From Trypanosoma brucei (Eukaryota): DNA of 64,000 nt. The stretch is taken from NCBI GenBank assembly GCA_000002445.1, contig CP000066.1, positions 1,589,226 to 1,653,225 of the forward strand, read 5' to 3'. Below the pieces are notes generated by a model that worked only from the letters and a program-made list of their open reading frames with translations, had not been told where the DNA came from and did not search any database. Shown here one piece after another: positions 36,981-48,772 of the stretch. Each line of letters opens with the position of its first letter. Position 1 is the stretch's first letter. A program made the position numbers and the translations under genes.

Positions 36981-38081
36981 TTGGAGGAAATGGTCAAACA
37001 GACGGCGGCTGGTGGTAGTAAAGGTTCAAGTAAGTTGGGTAAAAGAACGACGGCATATCAGGAGATAAAGATACTTCTTGAGAAGGCGAAAAAGCTGAAG
37101 GAAGAAATAGAAGTGAATAGGACAAAAGCTTTGAATGCAAGTCGTTCCGCTAAAGATAGTATGTTGAGAGCTGTGTATGGCGACGCTGTGGATGTGGCAA
37201 GAAATGAGAATAAAACTCTAGAGCAAGCCATGAGAGGAAACAAATCACTACTGTTCAACAGTGTTGATCATGCAAATATGAGTTGTGGTTCTTACAGAGA
37301 CAAACTGGTTGGAAAGACACTGATCAATGACTTTTTCTGCCTATGTGTGGGAGAGGCGACAGATTTACAAATAAGAAGCAATAAGTATTATGCACTCGAC
37401 TTAAGTTCGAATTACCACCCTGTGTATAATGGGTTCAACTGTCCCTACAAGGATGAAATAAGGAGGCCCAAAAATGGAAGTTGGACTATGATGGCTGATT
37501 ATTGCCCAAGCAACTATAATACTTGCGACCCTAGAAAGGTAAAATACAACCATACTGAGGCATGGGATGTGATTAGTAAAGCTTGCGTGTACAAAAATGT
37601 TGCATCGAATGTGAAAACTCTGAAGAGTGCACTAGCTCAGTTTGATGCGTTGGTGAATTTAGAGCAGGATAATTATCAAATGAAGGGTATTCTTGGGTAC
37701 GCGGATGTTTCAGAAAACACAAATCGCGTCTGCAACGGTCATACTGCTGGATTCACGTGTGTCAGTTACAATTACACACTTGAAAATGGTGGAATTCCAT
37801 GGTACAATCACCTTACTAACGCTACTGAGCAACTGCAAGAAATGGCGAAGTATGCCAAAGAAGCTGACAGTCATCTTTACGAATTGGAAGAGTACCAACA
37901 TGAGGCAGAGGAAATATATCTTGAAGTGAAACTTGGTGGTGATGCAGAGCTATGGAAGAGTAGCCGAGGTAAGGGTGATGAAGGTGATGATACTAGGGTA
38001 GATTATGATGGAATTACTCATTTGAATATGGAAACTGGGGGTTTTACATTATTAGTTTTCTCTCTTATTCTTATCTTTTAG
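36981..38081 (+). CDS. VSG-related or ESAG-like protein (366 aa) with the FFCLCVGEATD motif and a GPI-like hydrophobic C-terminus (GGFTLLVFSLILIF). It has no N-terminal signal peptide, so it is probably 5'-truncated or a pseudogene.
   Basis: The Cys-Leu-Cys-x-Gly motif resembles the conserved motif of type B VSG N-domains, for example ALICMCIGDSA in the VSG at 62798. The upstream ORF 36709-36975 is in a different frame, which suggests a frameshift. Confidence 0.4.
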   Translation: MEEMVKQTAAGGSKGSSKLGKRTTAYQEIKILLEKAKKLKEEIEVNRTKALNASRSAKDSMLRAVYGDAVDVARNENKTLEQAMRGNKSLLFNSVDHANMSCGSYRDKLVGKTLINDFFCLCVGEATDLQIRSNKYYALDLSSNYHPVYNGFNCPYKDEIRRPKNGSWTMMADYCPSNYNTCDPRKVKYNHTEAWDVISKACVYKNVASNVKTLKSALAQFDALVNLEQDNYQMKGILGYADVSENTNRVCNGHTAGFTCVSYNYTLENGGIPWYNHLTNATEQLQEMAKYAKEADSHLYELEEYQHEAEEIYLEVKLGGDAELWKSSRGKGDEGDDTRVDYDGITHLNMETGGFTLLVFSLILIF

Positions 38082-38262
38082 TTTAATATTACATTACCAA
38101 ATATGTTATGTTATGTTTTCTTTTGTTTTTTTCGCTTCTTTGTTGCTGCGTGTATGTGGTATAATATATATGTGTATTTGTGTTGATGTGTTTGTTAATT
38201 TCTCGTGAGATGTAAATGTTTTAAATTATCCCATATAAACTTGTTTTGTTTCTAGATAAATA

Positions 38263-39380
38263 ATGAAGGTGGTATCACTTTTTCTTGCAGCGTGTCTGGT
38301 AATATTCGGTGCTGTCAGTAAGGCAGTGACGGAGTAGCCTTCCGGTAAGGCCATGACACTCAAGGGAGCTGAAACATTATGTAACTTCAGTCATACCTTG
38401 AGGCCTGTGGGTGCTAAGACTCAGGACAAACAAAAAATGCGACAGAAACGGTGGATAAGTTTCTGGGGTGGAGACATCGGCATGGTGTAAAGGGAAGGAC
38501 ATGGAAGGCAATAGTGCAGGGTTTGGAGAAGATAGGAGTTGTTAATGGAAGTGATATGGAAATTATGAAGAAAACATATGCGGAAATGGAAAAGGTAATG
38601 AACAATACAGACAAGGCTCTGCAGGTAATGGATACTAGTTTTTTAGACATTGTGAGAGTTTCCTATCATGTTGTGAATGCATCACTGTCAATAGGGCAAG
38701 TGTTGAGGGACTTGGTGGTGATGTTTGAGAAAACTAAGGGAAGTGGAAACAGTTGGTGCTGTTTGGTGAAGGAGAAAACTGCCTCTTCACGAAATGGATG
38801 TGGAAGTGGGAGCGGTAGTGGAAGTGATGGTAAACACGAGTTGGCTAGTGCTCCAGAAGAGTGTAATATGTCTGTTACAAAGGATATGTCAGATGATGGT
38901 GTACTGGTTACGCTAGATAAATATAAAACTGACCAGAGAGTTGAACTTACAGACAATAACGACACAAAATGCTGGATCATGGGCACGGAAGATGTTGCAA
39001 ATGGAGGGGCTGGATCCTTCATAGTTGGAACTACTGGAGGGTTCGTTACCTATAGCCAAGGTTCTGCCGTTATCCTGAAATCTAGCAACATGGTGCTCAA
39101 ACTCATCAGCGATTACACTTCAATCAGAGACGGATATGAAAGTGTTACAAAACAGTACCGTGATGTAGAGCCAACTCTTACTTCCTTTTCTGAGCATGAA
39201 AATAAACTAAAAAAATTGTCAACTCAGAGTCCGATGGTGCGTAGGTATTTCAAGGAGAGTGGAAGGAAACACAAAGGAACTGTCGATGACGATGATGTTA
39301 TAGATGAAGAGGGGTTCACAATGAGGAAGCAACGTACCCTAATGGGTTTAATGGCTTTTGCAGCAGTTTTGGTTATGTGA
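38263..39380 (+). pseudogene. Disrupted surface-protein gene. A signal-peptide ORF (MKVVSLFLAACLVIFGAVSKAVTE) runs into a stop at 38335-38337. The body (ORF 38451-39380, 309 aa, hydrophobic C-terminus LMGLMAFAAVLVM) is in another frame.
   Basis: The ATG at 38263 is followed by 24 codons and then TAG. The downstream long ORF starts with a non-ATG codon in the ORF track, and its first ATG is far inside. The body ends in a GPI-like tail. A polypyrimidine tract (ttgttttgtttctag) lies before 38263. Confidence 0.45.
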
Positions 39381-39509
39381 TTCAATGTTATATTTTACGC
39401 TACGGTTCTGTTATTGGTATTGACCGTTTGTGATACCCGCTGCTTTTTTGTGTAATGGAGGGTATGTGTTTTTCTCTTTTATATCTTTCGTCACATGTGA
39501 TTGTAGGTA

Positions 39510-40484
39510 ATGAAAGTTGAAATTGTGGAATTGGCTATTTTGTTATCTTTTATAATTTGCGTTGACGGAGAAAATGTGGAGCATAACTGCAAAACGGTAG
39601 ATGATTATTATTTTAGAAATATAAATGAATCCGTATGTTATCTCAGTTGCCTTTCAAATGCATTAAATAAATTATACAGCGATGGTGAAAAGAGGCTGTT
39701 TGTGAATGAGGAAGCATACGCAAATGCTTCTCGTATATTGGATGATATGGAAGGAAAAACGGGTGAAAGCACGAAGTATTTGAGTGTCATTAGCAGTGTA
39801 ATGGAAGGGGAACATGATAAATTGGAAAAGCTTATATCTTATGGAAATCAAATGGGAGACCTTGCGGCTAAGGCGGGTGGATTATTTGTTGAAGTTAATG
39901 AAAGCGTAAGAGCAGTGAGGAAGGAAATACGTGACGCTCTTATACAAGCAAACAAATATTATACGGCTGTTGCGGAAATTGCAGGAACGGTGTGGGCTTT
40001 TGATGGACAAAAAGTGGTTGAAGGTGATCACAAGTGTGACCTTGAAGCAAGTAAAAAAACCGTAGAGTTTCAATCTAAGTGCAGCGCCCACACGTGTCCG
40101 CTAAGAAACGGAGTGAATAAGAGCACCCTTCAACAATACAAGAATGGCTGCCTCGAAATAAGTGTTATGCACAGCCATATTGTGGACTTCTGCCACCAAT
40201 CGCCTAGGAATGTCCTCTATGTTAGTGGCGCTGTAAAAGACTCAGGTAATGCACTGAAATGGAAACCCGGTCATGCTTTCTTCCTCACTATTGAAGTAAA
40301 GGGTATCTTCAGCTCCCTCATCGCTTCCTTTACTGCTGGTCATCCACCTCCCGTACTTCTTGCAATGGTGTCCAATATGACTTTACTTTACTCGCTTTTC
40401 AGTGAGACTTACAGCAATTTCACTTCGTTGTTGCTCGGCACAAGTATCACCGATAATTTGAATAGTACTGATTCTACCACTTGA
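39510..40484 (+). CDS. Putative secreted or ESAG-like glycoprotein (324 aa) with a signal peptide (MKVEIVELAILLSFIICVDG), several N-glycosylation sequons and no hydrophobic C-terminal tail.
   Basis: Clean ORF. A strong polypyrimidine tract plus AG lies at 39455-39507. Sequons include NESV, NASR, NESV, NKST, NMTL, NFTS and NSTD. Confidence 0.5.
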   Translation: MKVEIVELAILLSFIICVDGENVEHNCKTVDDYYFRNINESVCYLSCLSNALNKLYSDGEKRLFVNEEAYANASRILDDMEGKTGESTKYLSVISSVMEGEHDKLEKLISYGNQMGDLAAKAGGLFVEVNESVRAVRKEIRDALIQANKYYTAVAEIAGTVWAFDGQKVVEGDHKCDLEASKKTVEFQSKCSAHTCPLRNGVNKSTLQQYKNGCLEISVMHSHIVDFCHQSPRNVLYVSGAVKDSGNALKWKPGHAFFLTIEVKGIFSSLIASFTAGHPPPVLLAMVSNMTLLYSLFSETYSNFTSLLLGTSITDNLNSTDSTT

Positions 40485-42780
40485 AAAATATGTTCATATA
40501 CGTTTCCACTCATACACATATGTGTTTACATACATTCTTTTGTGCGAGTTTGCACGCGATTATGTTCTTAGCGATTTTCTTTTTCTATTGACATGTTTTG
40601 CTTCCCTGGAAAAAACTAAACCTTCTGCGGTGATAATGCTATAATGCCCCAAATACTTGTATGCATAGTTTGCGTGAATGAAGCAAAGTTCTTTCTGGTA
40701 CGTTACCTTTCAGAGCTTTTCTTTTATTAGGATTTGCAAAACTCTGTAGGGCATGAAAGTTAACCGTTGATGGGGATAGTGGCTTCTCAGTTGCTGCGTT
40801 GCATTGTTTTCTCTGCAGTCATAGCGTGGATGTGATTTGCAGATTGGGACCATTCCATGAGAAAGGCGGTATACAAATGGCTTTCATCTTCGTTTACGTT
40901 TCCGACGCCATTCTTGGTTGTTTTTAGGGGACGCTTATTGCAGAAGTGGCACCTCTCAGTTTGATTATCTAAATGTGTTGATGGTGGAACGTAGGTGTGG
41001 TGACCGTAAGGGAGGGCCGAGGACGATGGATGAGGTGCGTGATGAGGGGTTGGAGTGCCTTCTGAGTAAGAAAATGGCGACAGGGGATCTGGCGCTTAGT
41101 GTGGGTAAGTGAATCGAAATCCGTTTGAGGGGAGAGATGTGCTCGGTTTCTTTCCTGAGGTGAAAGTTTTTAAAAATAAAAAAGGAACTATTTATGTATA
41201 TATACTATGCGTGTTTCTTTACATTTTCTTTGATAGCAAGGTGTTTTGTTATTTTTACTATGATTGAGGGATGACACTTGAGGGGTGATACCGTCAGGTA
41301 TGTGTGAGAACGGTGTCAAACGCTGGGGGACCTGACCAACGGATAAAACGAGTGTGACATTTGGCTATCTTCGACACGATGCATGTGGGTAGTTCGGGGG
41401 AGTGCGGGGTTGTATTATTACTCAGACCCTTGTAGCAACGCTTTGTCAGTGTGTTGCGTCGTGGCGTCTGTGCCGGCAACGGAATCAGCCTGTTGGTCCG
41501 AGGTTGGTGCCACTGTTGCAGATCCTTTGCTGATTCCTTCTTCCCCCAGACATCACTTGTGCAGCAAAAACGCAAGTTGTGCTAACTATAGTGGATTATA
41601 CTGCGGTATAACCATAATAATGGCGTTTTATTCAACACGCTTAATCAGCAGAACTGTTAATAATTTAAACCCAGTTTTTTCTTGCGGTGCTACACGCACC
41701 ACATGTCTTTTCTAGAATTTTAATTACACTGCGCGTACTAATTCCCCGCGCTCACCGCTTTCATCATTTAGTACCGGGTGAATATTGTCCTAGATCTCCG
41801 CGGAATAATGCATTGTCGTTTGAATTTATCCTAGTCGTAGAATCATTTCAAATCATGGCTATAATAACATCCTTTTATGTTTCTTCCACAGTGTTAAAAA
41901 TCAGAACTTTCTAAAATAATGTTTGAAGAAGACCACAAGGTTGCAATCACCGACATGTAATTTCCCTTACGTTAACATACTCCCAGTTCCAGTATAAAAC
42001 GAAAGTCAGTTTCCACCGTTGCACCACACCGAGTGTTTGTATGATAATCAACGGCTGCTAACAGCACCCATTTTCTAAGCGAGTGAAATCGTGAATCTAC
42101 CACGCCAAATGAGCGATACACCTCCCCTTCCAAGGCAATATGAAAAGGCACCTTGTTCCCCACAAGTGTCTGTGTATTTTATTCGAGTCAAAGTAACCTT
42201 TTTTTAGCATCGTTCTCTGTAGGTGGCCTGCCATCAGTTTGTTACTATCGAAGTCAGAGCGTGCCATATTTGCTTCCCGAAGGATTATTGTATGTTATGT
42301 CCGAACCAGTTATGCGTGACGTTGCAAACGTTCAGCTTTTAGTCCTCGGTCTTCAGTAATGGCGAAAACAGCTCACTTGAGAGTGAAAGGCTTCTGCCTT
42401 TTTTTTGAGCCAAACGTAGGAGAGCATAGTGGAGTTTACAATTTTCATTCAGAGGAGTGGGCGGCATTTTGTGTAGTCTATTCTCCTTTATAGGGGTGTT
42501 CCTCTCGAATGAAGAAAGTACATGTTGGAAGAGAATGAGGGGTTTCTCAATTTCTAGGAGGAATTGTGCAAGGTTCTTGGTGAACACTATCTTCTGCATA
42601 TTTTCGCCCTCAAGCCCGAAGTAACTACGGAGCACTTTAAGCTTGAGCGCACGAAGTATGTGGGTGGGATTCCCTTCGCATTCGTTGGAGTGTGTATGTT
42701 TCCTTTCAACGCAGATTTCATGTTTTTGATGGCGATGTATAGATGAACTTGATGTTGAGTGGGACATCTTATTTCGGTTT

Positions 42781-42860
42781 CCCTGGCGATGCCGGCCACC
42801 TCAATATTGTGCCAGGGTCCGGTACCCCGTATCATCGGGGGAAGCCAAGAGCCAGCAGCG
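42781..42860 (+). promoter_or_regulatory. Pr77-like 5' terminal signature of ingi/L1Tc-family elements, an internal promoter and conserved first roughly 79 nt.
   Basis: ccctggcgatgccggccacctcaatattgtgccagggtccggtaccccgtatcatcgggggaagccaagagccagcagcg. Assigned from memory of the conserved motif. Not verified by alignment. Confidence 0.5.
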
Positions 42861-43020
42861 TTCCTTTCATGGGGAACACTGCTTTGCTCCGGCTACGGCA
42901 TCATACAGCACAGGGATCAGCAGCGTCTTGCTGGGACACCGTTTTTCATTTGTCGGTCCCTGGGCACGTGGCTAGCGTGCCATCAGCAGTATCACCCGCA
43001 CTAAGATGCTGCTGTCCGGT

Positions 43021-43044
43021 GATGTGGAAGAGAATCCCGGCCCG
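43021..43044 (+). other. 2A-like co-translational 'self-cleaving' peptide motif DVEENPGP at the N-terminus of the ingi ORF (ORF 43006-43215).
   Basis: The translation MLLSGDVEENPGPSLRG matches the canonical D(V/I)ExNPGP 2A consensus. The motif is known at the N-terminus of the L1Tc/ingi ORF. Confidence 0.8.
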
Positions 43045-43136
43045 TCGTTGCGCGGGATGCAGTGGAACTGCGCCGGGCTATCTCAAGGAAAGAGATTAGC
43101 ACTCCACAAAACCCTTGTTGATGAGCGGATCGCCTT

Positions 43137-43640
43137 TTGTCTGTTGAGCGAGACAAGGATGACGCCTGGAGAGGCGGCTTGCTTTGCGTTGCTGTCTACC
43201 AACATCACAGAATAGCTCGTAACTGCAAAGGAGGTGGTGTATCAATACTAGTGAGGGAGGACCTACCAGTCGAGACCTGTATGGCCGTTGTTGGTGGCAG
43301 CGAACAAGTGCATGCAACAATTCACCTTGCACGTGGAACACCGCTGACTGTCACGTCGGCATACATCCCACCAAAACACACCTTCACGGCAACTGACATA
43401 GATACGCTTCTGACGATTGACGGTGCCCAGCTCATCGGTACAGACGCTAACGCACACGCGTTGGCATGGGATCGCGCGAGCCCACCAAATACCAAGGGTG
43501 AAACCCTCACACAGTGGTGCATTGACAACCAGTTTCTGGTCTGCAACACTGGTGAGTGCACCAGGTACGCGCGCCACCACGGGGAGTCCACCCCTGATGT
43601 GACACTGTCAACGAATTGTACAGTGTACACGTGGGCATAG
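43137..43640 (+). pseudogene. ingi ORF fragment: apurinic/apyrimidinic-like endonuclease domain.
   Basis: EEP-family motifs are present (..LIGTDANAHALAWD..). Its frame differs from the 2A-containing start ORF. Confidence 0.75.
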
Positions 43641-43736
43641 CTGTATTCTCCCGATAGCGATCACCATCACATATTTTTCGACGTTATCGTTGGAGACGAC
43701 ACAGATGCACTGAGTTGCCCGCGGCTTCGAAAGCCC

Positions 43737-45042
43737 ATGTACGCATGGCTAAAATCTGATTGGAGGAATTTCCGTCTCAAGGTTGACGAGCTCTGCAGGA
43801 AAATTGGTAGAGAGAAGAACGTCAACACCCTGGAACAGAAATTGAGCTCCGCCATCCGCATTGCGACGAAGGTCTCCGTCCCCCGTGGCTGCAGAGCAAC
43901 GCCACCACATTGGACACCTGAGCTCGCGAAACTCGATGAAGAGATCGCTGGATGCGGACCCTCCTACCAAAGGGAAAAGTTGGTAGCCACGCGTAAGCAG
44001 ATCCTGGACCCTACCACAAAGAAGAGATGGAGCACGCTATGCTCCAGACTTGCGGTGTCAGACCGCTGCAGTTGGCACATTGTCAAGAAGGTATATGCGC
44101 CACGACCACTAACCACACCGGCTGTACTTGTTGATAACGCGGCCATCACGGACTACCGTCAAGCTGAGATGTTCAGTAAACTGTACTCGTCCCGCGCAAG
44201 AAGGCACCCCGACTCACACCCACCGGCACCAATAAAGACGATAGCGAGTGAGTTCAGTCCCATCACGATAGCTGAACTACGGAGATCGATCAAACTGCTA
44301 CCGAGTGTCCGCCGCCGGACCTGATTGCTTATACAACGAGGCACTGCAACATCTCGGTAGAACAGCGCTGAATGTTGTTCTGAGGCTATTCAATGAGAGC
44401 CTACGAACGGGAGTCGTGCCGCCTGCATGGAAGACTGGTGTTATCATCCCCATCCTGAAGGCCGGAAAAAAGGCGGAGGACCTCGATTCTTACAGGCCAG
44501 TGACGCTCACGAGCTGTCTCTGCAAAGTCATGGAGCGCATAATTGCCGCGAGGCTTAGAGACACTGTTGAGTCCCAGCTGACGCCGCAGCAATCAGGCTT
44601 TCACCCCGGATGCTCAACGCTTGAACAACTGCTGCACGTCCTCGCTCCCCTCTGCCGTCCAACGCACCAATATCGTACGGGTGCTGTATTCGTCGACTAC
44701 GAGAAGGCATTTGATACAGTAGACCACGACAAAATTGCGAGGGAAATGCACAGAATGAAGGTATCACCCCACATTGTGAAGTGGTGCGTATCATTTCTGA
44801 GTAACCGAACTGGCAGAGTGAGATTCAGGGAGAAGCTTTCCAGAAGCAGAACATTTGAGCGAGGAGTGCCACAAGGAACTGTCCTTGTTCCAATCATGTT
44901 CATTATTGTCATGAACTCGTTGAGCCAACGCCTTGCAGAAGTGCCGTTACTGCAGCACGGATTCTTTGCAGACGACCTGACGCTACTTGCGAGGCACACA
45001 GAGAGAGGAATGTCATCAACCACACACTACAGTGCGGTCTAA
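43737..45042 (+). pseudogene. ingi ORF fragments: the reverse transcriptase domain, split by a frameshift near 44305-44325.
   Basis: RT motifs are present: PILKAGKKAEDLDSYRPVTLTSCLCKVMERI, FVDYEKAFDTVDH and GFFADDLTLL (FADD). ORFs 43737-44324 and 44305-45042 are in different frames. Confidence 0.8.
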
Positions 45043-45205
45043 ACGTGGTGTTACAGTGGTCAAAAGAGTACTTCATGTCTGTCAACGTAGCGAAAACAAA
45101 GTGCACACTCTTCGGGTGTATAGAGCGCCACCCCCTTACATTGCAACTGGACGGCGAAAGAATAGGAGCTGACAGGACACCGAAGCTTCTAGGAGTAACA
45201 TTCCA

Positions 45206-46894
45206 GTGTCTGCAGGGGATGGCAACACATGCGGCCGAAACGAGACGCAAGATGGACTTCAGACTACTGCAGATAGCAGCCATCTCAGCTTCTTCTATAT
45301 GGGGGCCAAGACGACAAGTACTGAGAGCTTTTTATCTTCACTCGTACAGGCACACACCATGTATGGTATTGAGGTATGGTACTGGGACGCTTGGAAACGA
45401 AATCGCGACCTCCTTGCAGCAGCACAACACAAAGCCAGTCGCATCATAGCCGGCATACCGCATGGGACGCGCAAAGAGGACTCTCTGCTGGAAGCAAACC
45501 TCCTGCCACTCAAGACGACCACTCTTGTGCGCAGCATGAAATTCATGCTGATGTGTGAGTCACGAGGCGGATGTTTGCGGAGCAGTGCTGAAGAAGTATA
45601 CCACAGCAAACACCCAGTCAGAGCCCTACATTCCCGCATCATGCGTTCCTACCCCCACCTCCGCATTGAGCCACGCGAGCACCCACTAGAGACATCGACA
45701 CTCCGCCGCAGCTGCCGACCTCTATTTCACACGCAGATAAAGCCTGTGTGCGCTGATGACTCTAACGATGTCAAAAGGGAGGCTTCCGAAAAGTGGATTG
45801 CACGGCATTTTGCACGGAGGGGGAGGGAGCCACCGCGACGAGTGCACTACGAATTGTGGACTGATGGATCCGTGTCCCTCGGTGAGAAGTCCGGGGCAGC
45901 TGCCCTGCTCTACAGAAACAACACGCTGATTTGCGCACCCAAAACCGGAGCAGGGGAACTCTCATGCAGTTACAGAGCGGAATGCGTAGCGTTAGAGATA
46001 GGACTGCAACGGCTGCTGAAATGACTTCCGGCATACAGAAGCACACCGAGCAGGTTGTCCATCTTCTCTGACTCGCTGTCAATGTTAAAAGCACTGCAGA
46101 CAGGCCCCCTAGCCGTAACGGACCCAATTCTGAGACGAATGTGGAGGCTTCTGCTTCAAGTTCAGAGAAGGAAGTTGCGTATCAGACTGCAATTTGTGTT
46201 TGGCCATTGTGGCGTGAAGCGGAATGAGGTTTGCGATGACATGGCCAAAAAGGCCGCAGATTTACCACAGTTGCGAGACACGTGGATCCCCGACATCATT
46301 GCTTATGCGAAGCGAGTGCTTAGGTCGGAAGAAGTCCATGAGAACACTCATAGGTTTGGTATCACGGGCAACCACTTTCCAACAAAACATAAGGAAGAAC
46401 TGACGAGGGAAGAAGAAACGGCACTGGCACGCTTTCGGGTTGGGTCTTCAAAACACTATGGATGGATGTTTCGAAAGATCAACCCGAGTGTGCCTCCACA
46501 GTGCCGATGGTGTAACCCGCAACATGCAGCGATAGGACCAACAATACAAACACAAACAACCTCACCTGTTGCGACACGCACTCTTCAGAGAACCTCCGAA
46601 CTGACCAAATGTACGGAATGCGATGCCACATACCAATGCCGCTCGAGTGCTGTAACGCACATGGTAAACAAACACGGCTTTGTGCGAGCTGATGCCCTCT
46701 GGAAGATCAAATACGGCGATGCAACACCTGCATTGGATATCCCCCCGGAGCCCCCTCCAGTGGTGGCGATCGTTCCTCTACCACCGAGCACACGAGTCCT
46801 GATGAGATCACAGGTGCTTCATTGTACCCTCTGTGCCTCCAAATTCGCAGTGCCAGGCCCCTCAGGATACACGGAAGCTGCCGTTTCAATGTGA
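45206..46894 (+). pseudogene. ingi ORF fragments: RNase H domain. It is interrupted by a stop at about 46025, and the ORF resumes at 46055.
   Basis: RNase H motifs are present: WTDGSVSLGEKSGAAALL...AECVALEIGL ... FVFGHCGVKRNEVCDDMAKKAA. Confidence 0.7.
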
Positions 46895-47651
46895 CCTGTG
46901 TGAGGCGAGCTTCGGTACACACTCTTCCCTGTCACTACACAAGAAATTCAAACATAAGAGCATAGTGACTGAGGACGGTACCGTGGTGGTGGTGCAATTC
47001 CCTCGTAAGCGTGCCCGTGAGGGAAACGTTGACGTCCCGGGGAAAGGCGAGGTGCAGCGTGGTGTGTGCCAAAAAGTGCTCAGTTGCAGGGACTCCCTCA
47101 TCCGACACTGTAAGGCTTTCCACAAAGGTGAGGGAGTCGAGCTTAAATGCAGCAAAAGCACAAAATTGTGTGCCACTGATTCCCCGCATACAAACACATC
47201 CATGTTGGTGTGCCCGACATGCGGAAGGCAGTGTGCTAGCAAAACTGGCCTCACCCTACATCAAAAGAAGATGCACGGTATGAAGGTAGAGCGCGCTGTT
47301 ACCAGCCGACGCGGCGACTGCGAAGAAACGTCGCTGCACTTGATGAGCTGTCCCGGTTTGAAGGAGTTACGTATCAGGGTTTCGGTAGAAGAAGTGTGTG
47401 TGCAGGATGTATGTTTCACTAAAAGGCTGGCGCAGTTTCTTATTGCCGTTGAACGGAGCCGGCCGCAGGTGAAGTCCTCACCTAATGTAACAGTCATACA
47501 ACCCACTCTCCCTTCTGCAACTTCCCCCCTTATTACCGAGAGTGGAGCTAGCAGGAAAAGCACCGGACGCAGGAATAGTCCAGACACCCTCAGAGACAGA
47601 GGGGGTATGCAGACAACAAGCAACAGAAACAGAAAGAGGAAGAGAGAATAA
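46833..47651 (+). pseudogene. ingi ORF fragment: C-terminal C2H2 zinc-finger region.
   Basis: CDLCEASFGTHSSLSLHKKFKHK and CPTCGRQCASKTGLTLHQKKMHG. Its frame differs from the RNase H fragment. Confidence 0.7.
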
Positions 47652-48772
47652 TAAACGAATAACAAAAATCAAAACAAAAGGATTGCTAATTGACATCTTT
47701 TGGAGTGTCCGGAGTGGGGGGCTTCTTGCCCCATCTGCTGTATTCCGTTTAAATGCGGAAATACAACAAGAGTTATAGAGGGTGTGTTAGGATGAATGAA
47801 AAAGGGAGACTCTGCCACAGTCGCCAGACCGATAGCATCTCAGGGCTCTGCGGTGATGGATGATGGCCGCGCCAGTGGGGGGAAACTTTTACGAAGGCAC
47901 GAACAAAATTTCAAAAAGAATTACTAGTGGTCCAGTTGAGTTCTCAAGGCTCTCAAGAGTGAAGATGCTGACATTTTTCTTCGGTGGGAAGTAAGCTGAT
48001 TTTATAGTTGACATTAGATGAGCTGAAAACATCAGTGTTGCCGATACTCTTTTCGGCAGAGTCTTCTCCTTCAGATCTTGGATGACTCCCATGTTATCTT
48101 TGACAAAAAATCGATACACAACTGCCATGGGGAGAAAGTGTCATTCCTATGAGTTGGTATCTACTTATTTTCAATGCGCAGTATTTTTCTGCTGCCAGAT
48201 GTGCCTCCAGCAATAGACAAAATAAAACCGTATTGTCGTGAAGCTTCTTCTCTAAGGCAACCCGCTTAGCCTGGGAGAGATCCCCAGAGTTTCACTGGGT
48301 TAGACGAAACATGGAACATGGATTCCTCTTAACATACCCGATAAGCAGTATAAGGCTATGTATTCCAATCGAAGCGCGCTCGCACGTGCAGAGGGACAGT
48401 CTAATATACTTCTTCAGCCCAGAGGGCTGATGCTGCTGCTTGCTCCTTCTCTGGTCGCCAAAAGCCTGTTGCCCTCCCAAATCCTGTTGGAACAGGTATA
48501 ATGCGGACGCTTGGCTTCCTTCTGGATGGAGCAATAAACCCTGGAACCACGATGAGGCGGCAGGTTCCACCGAGTATTTGTAAAGATCTGAGAAGAACTG
48601 TGAAAAGAATATCATATTTTGGAAAATTTTCATAAATTTCACAAAATTGAGCAAAACATTTTTCAAATATTTAATTACAGAAGCAAAAATGCAAGCCAAA
48701 GAGGAGCTTTATTGGTAACAAAAGAATTGCTTACTGTGGTGTTTGTTTTACTATCTGTCCCATTTGTTGTCG

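Larger units (their letters stand above)
42781..48010 (+). mobile_element. ingi-type non-LTR (LINE) retrotransposon, about 5.2 kb, degenerate (frameshifted). The 3' end is approximate and no clean target-site duplication was identified.
   Basis: It carries an APE-like endonuclease (GTDANAH motif), a reverse transcriptase (FADD active-site motif), RNase H (WTDGS...AEC...) and C-terminal C2H2 zinc fingers (CDLCEASF...HKKFKH; CPTCGRQC...HQKKMH) in the canonical order, spread over five or more reading frames. The 5' end matches the Pr77-like signature recalled for ingi/L1Tc. The length matches ingi at about 5.25 kb. Confidence 0.85.

Noticed and set aside
42743..43004. ORFs 42743-43099 and 42759-43004 upstream of the ingi 2A-containing start.
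   Set aside because: They lie in the noncoding 5' (RIME-half, Pr77) region of ingi. The real ORF starts at the ATG at 43006, right after a TAA.
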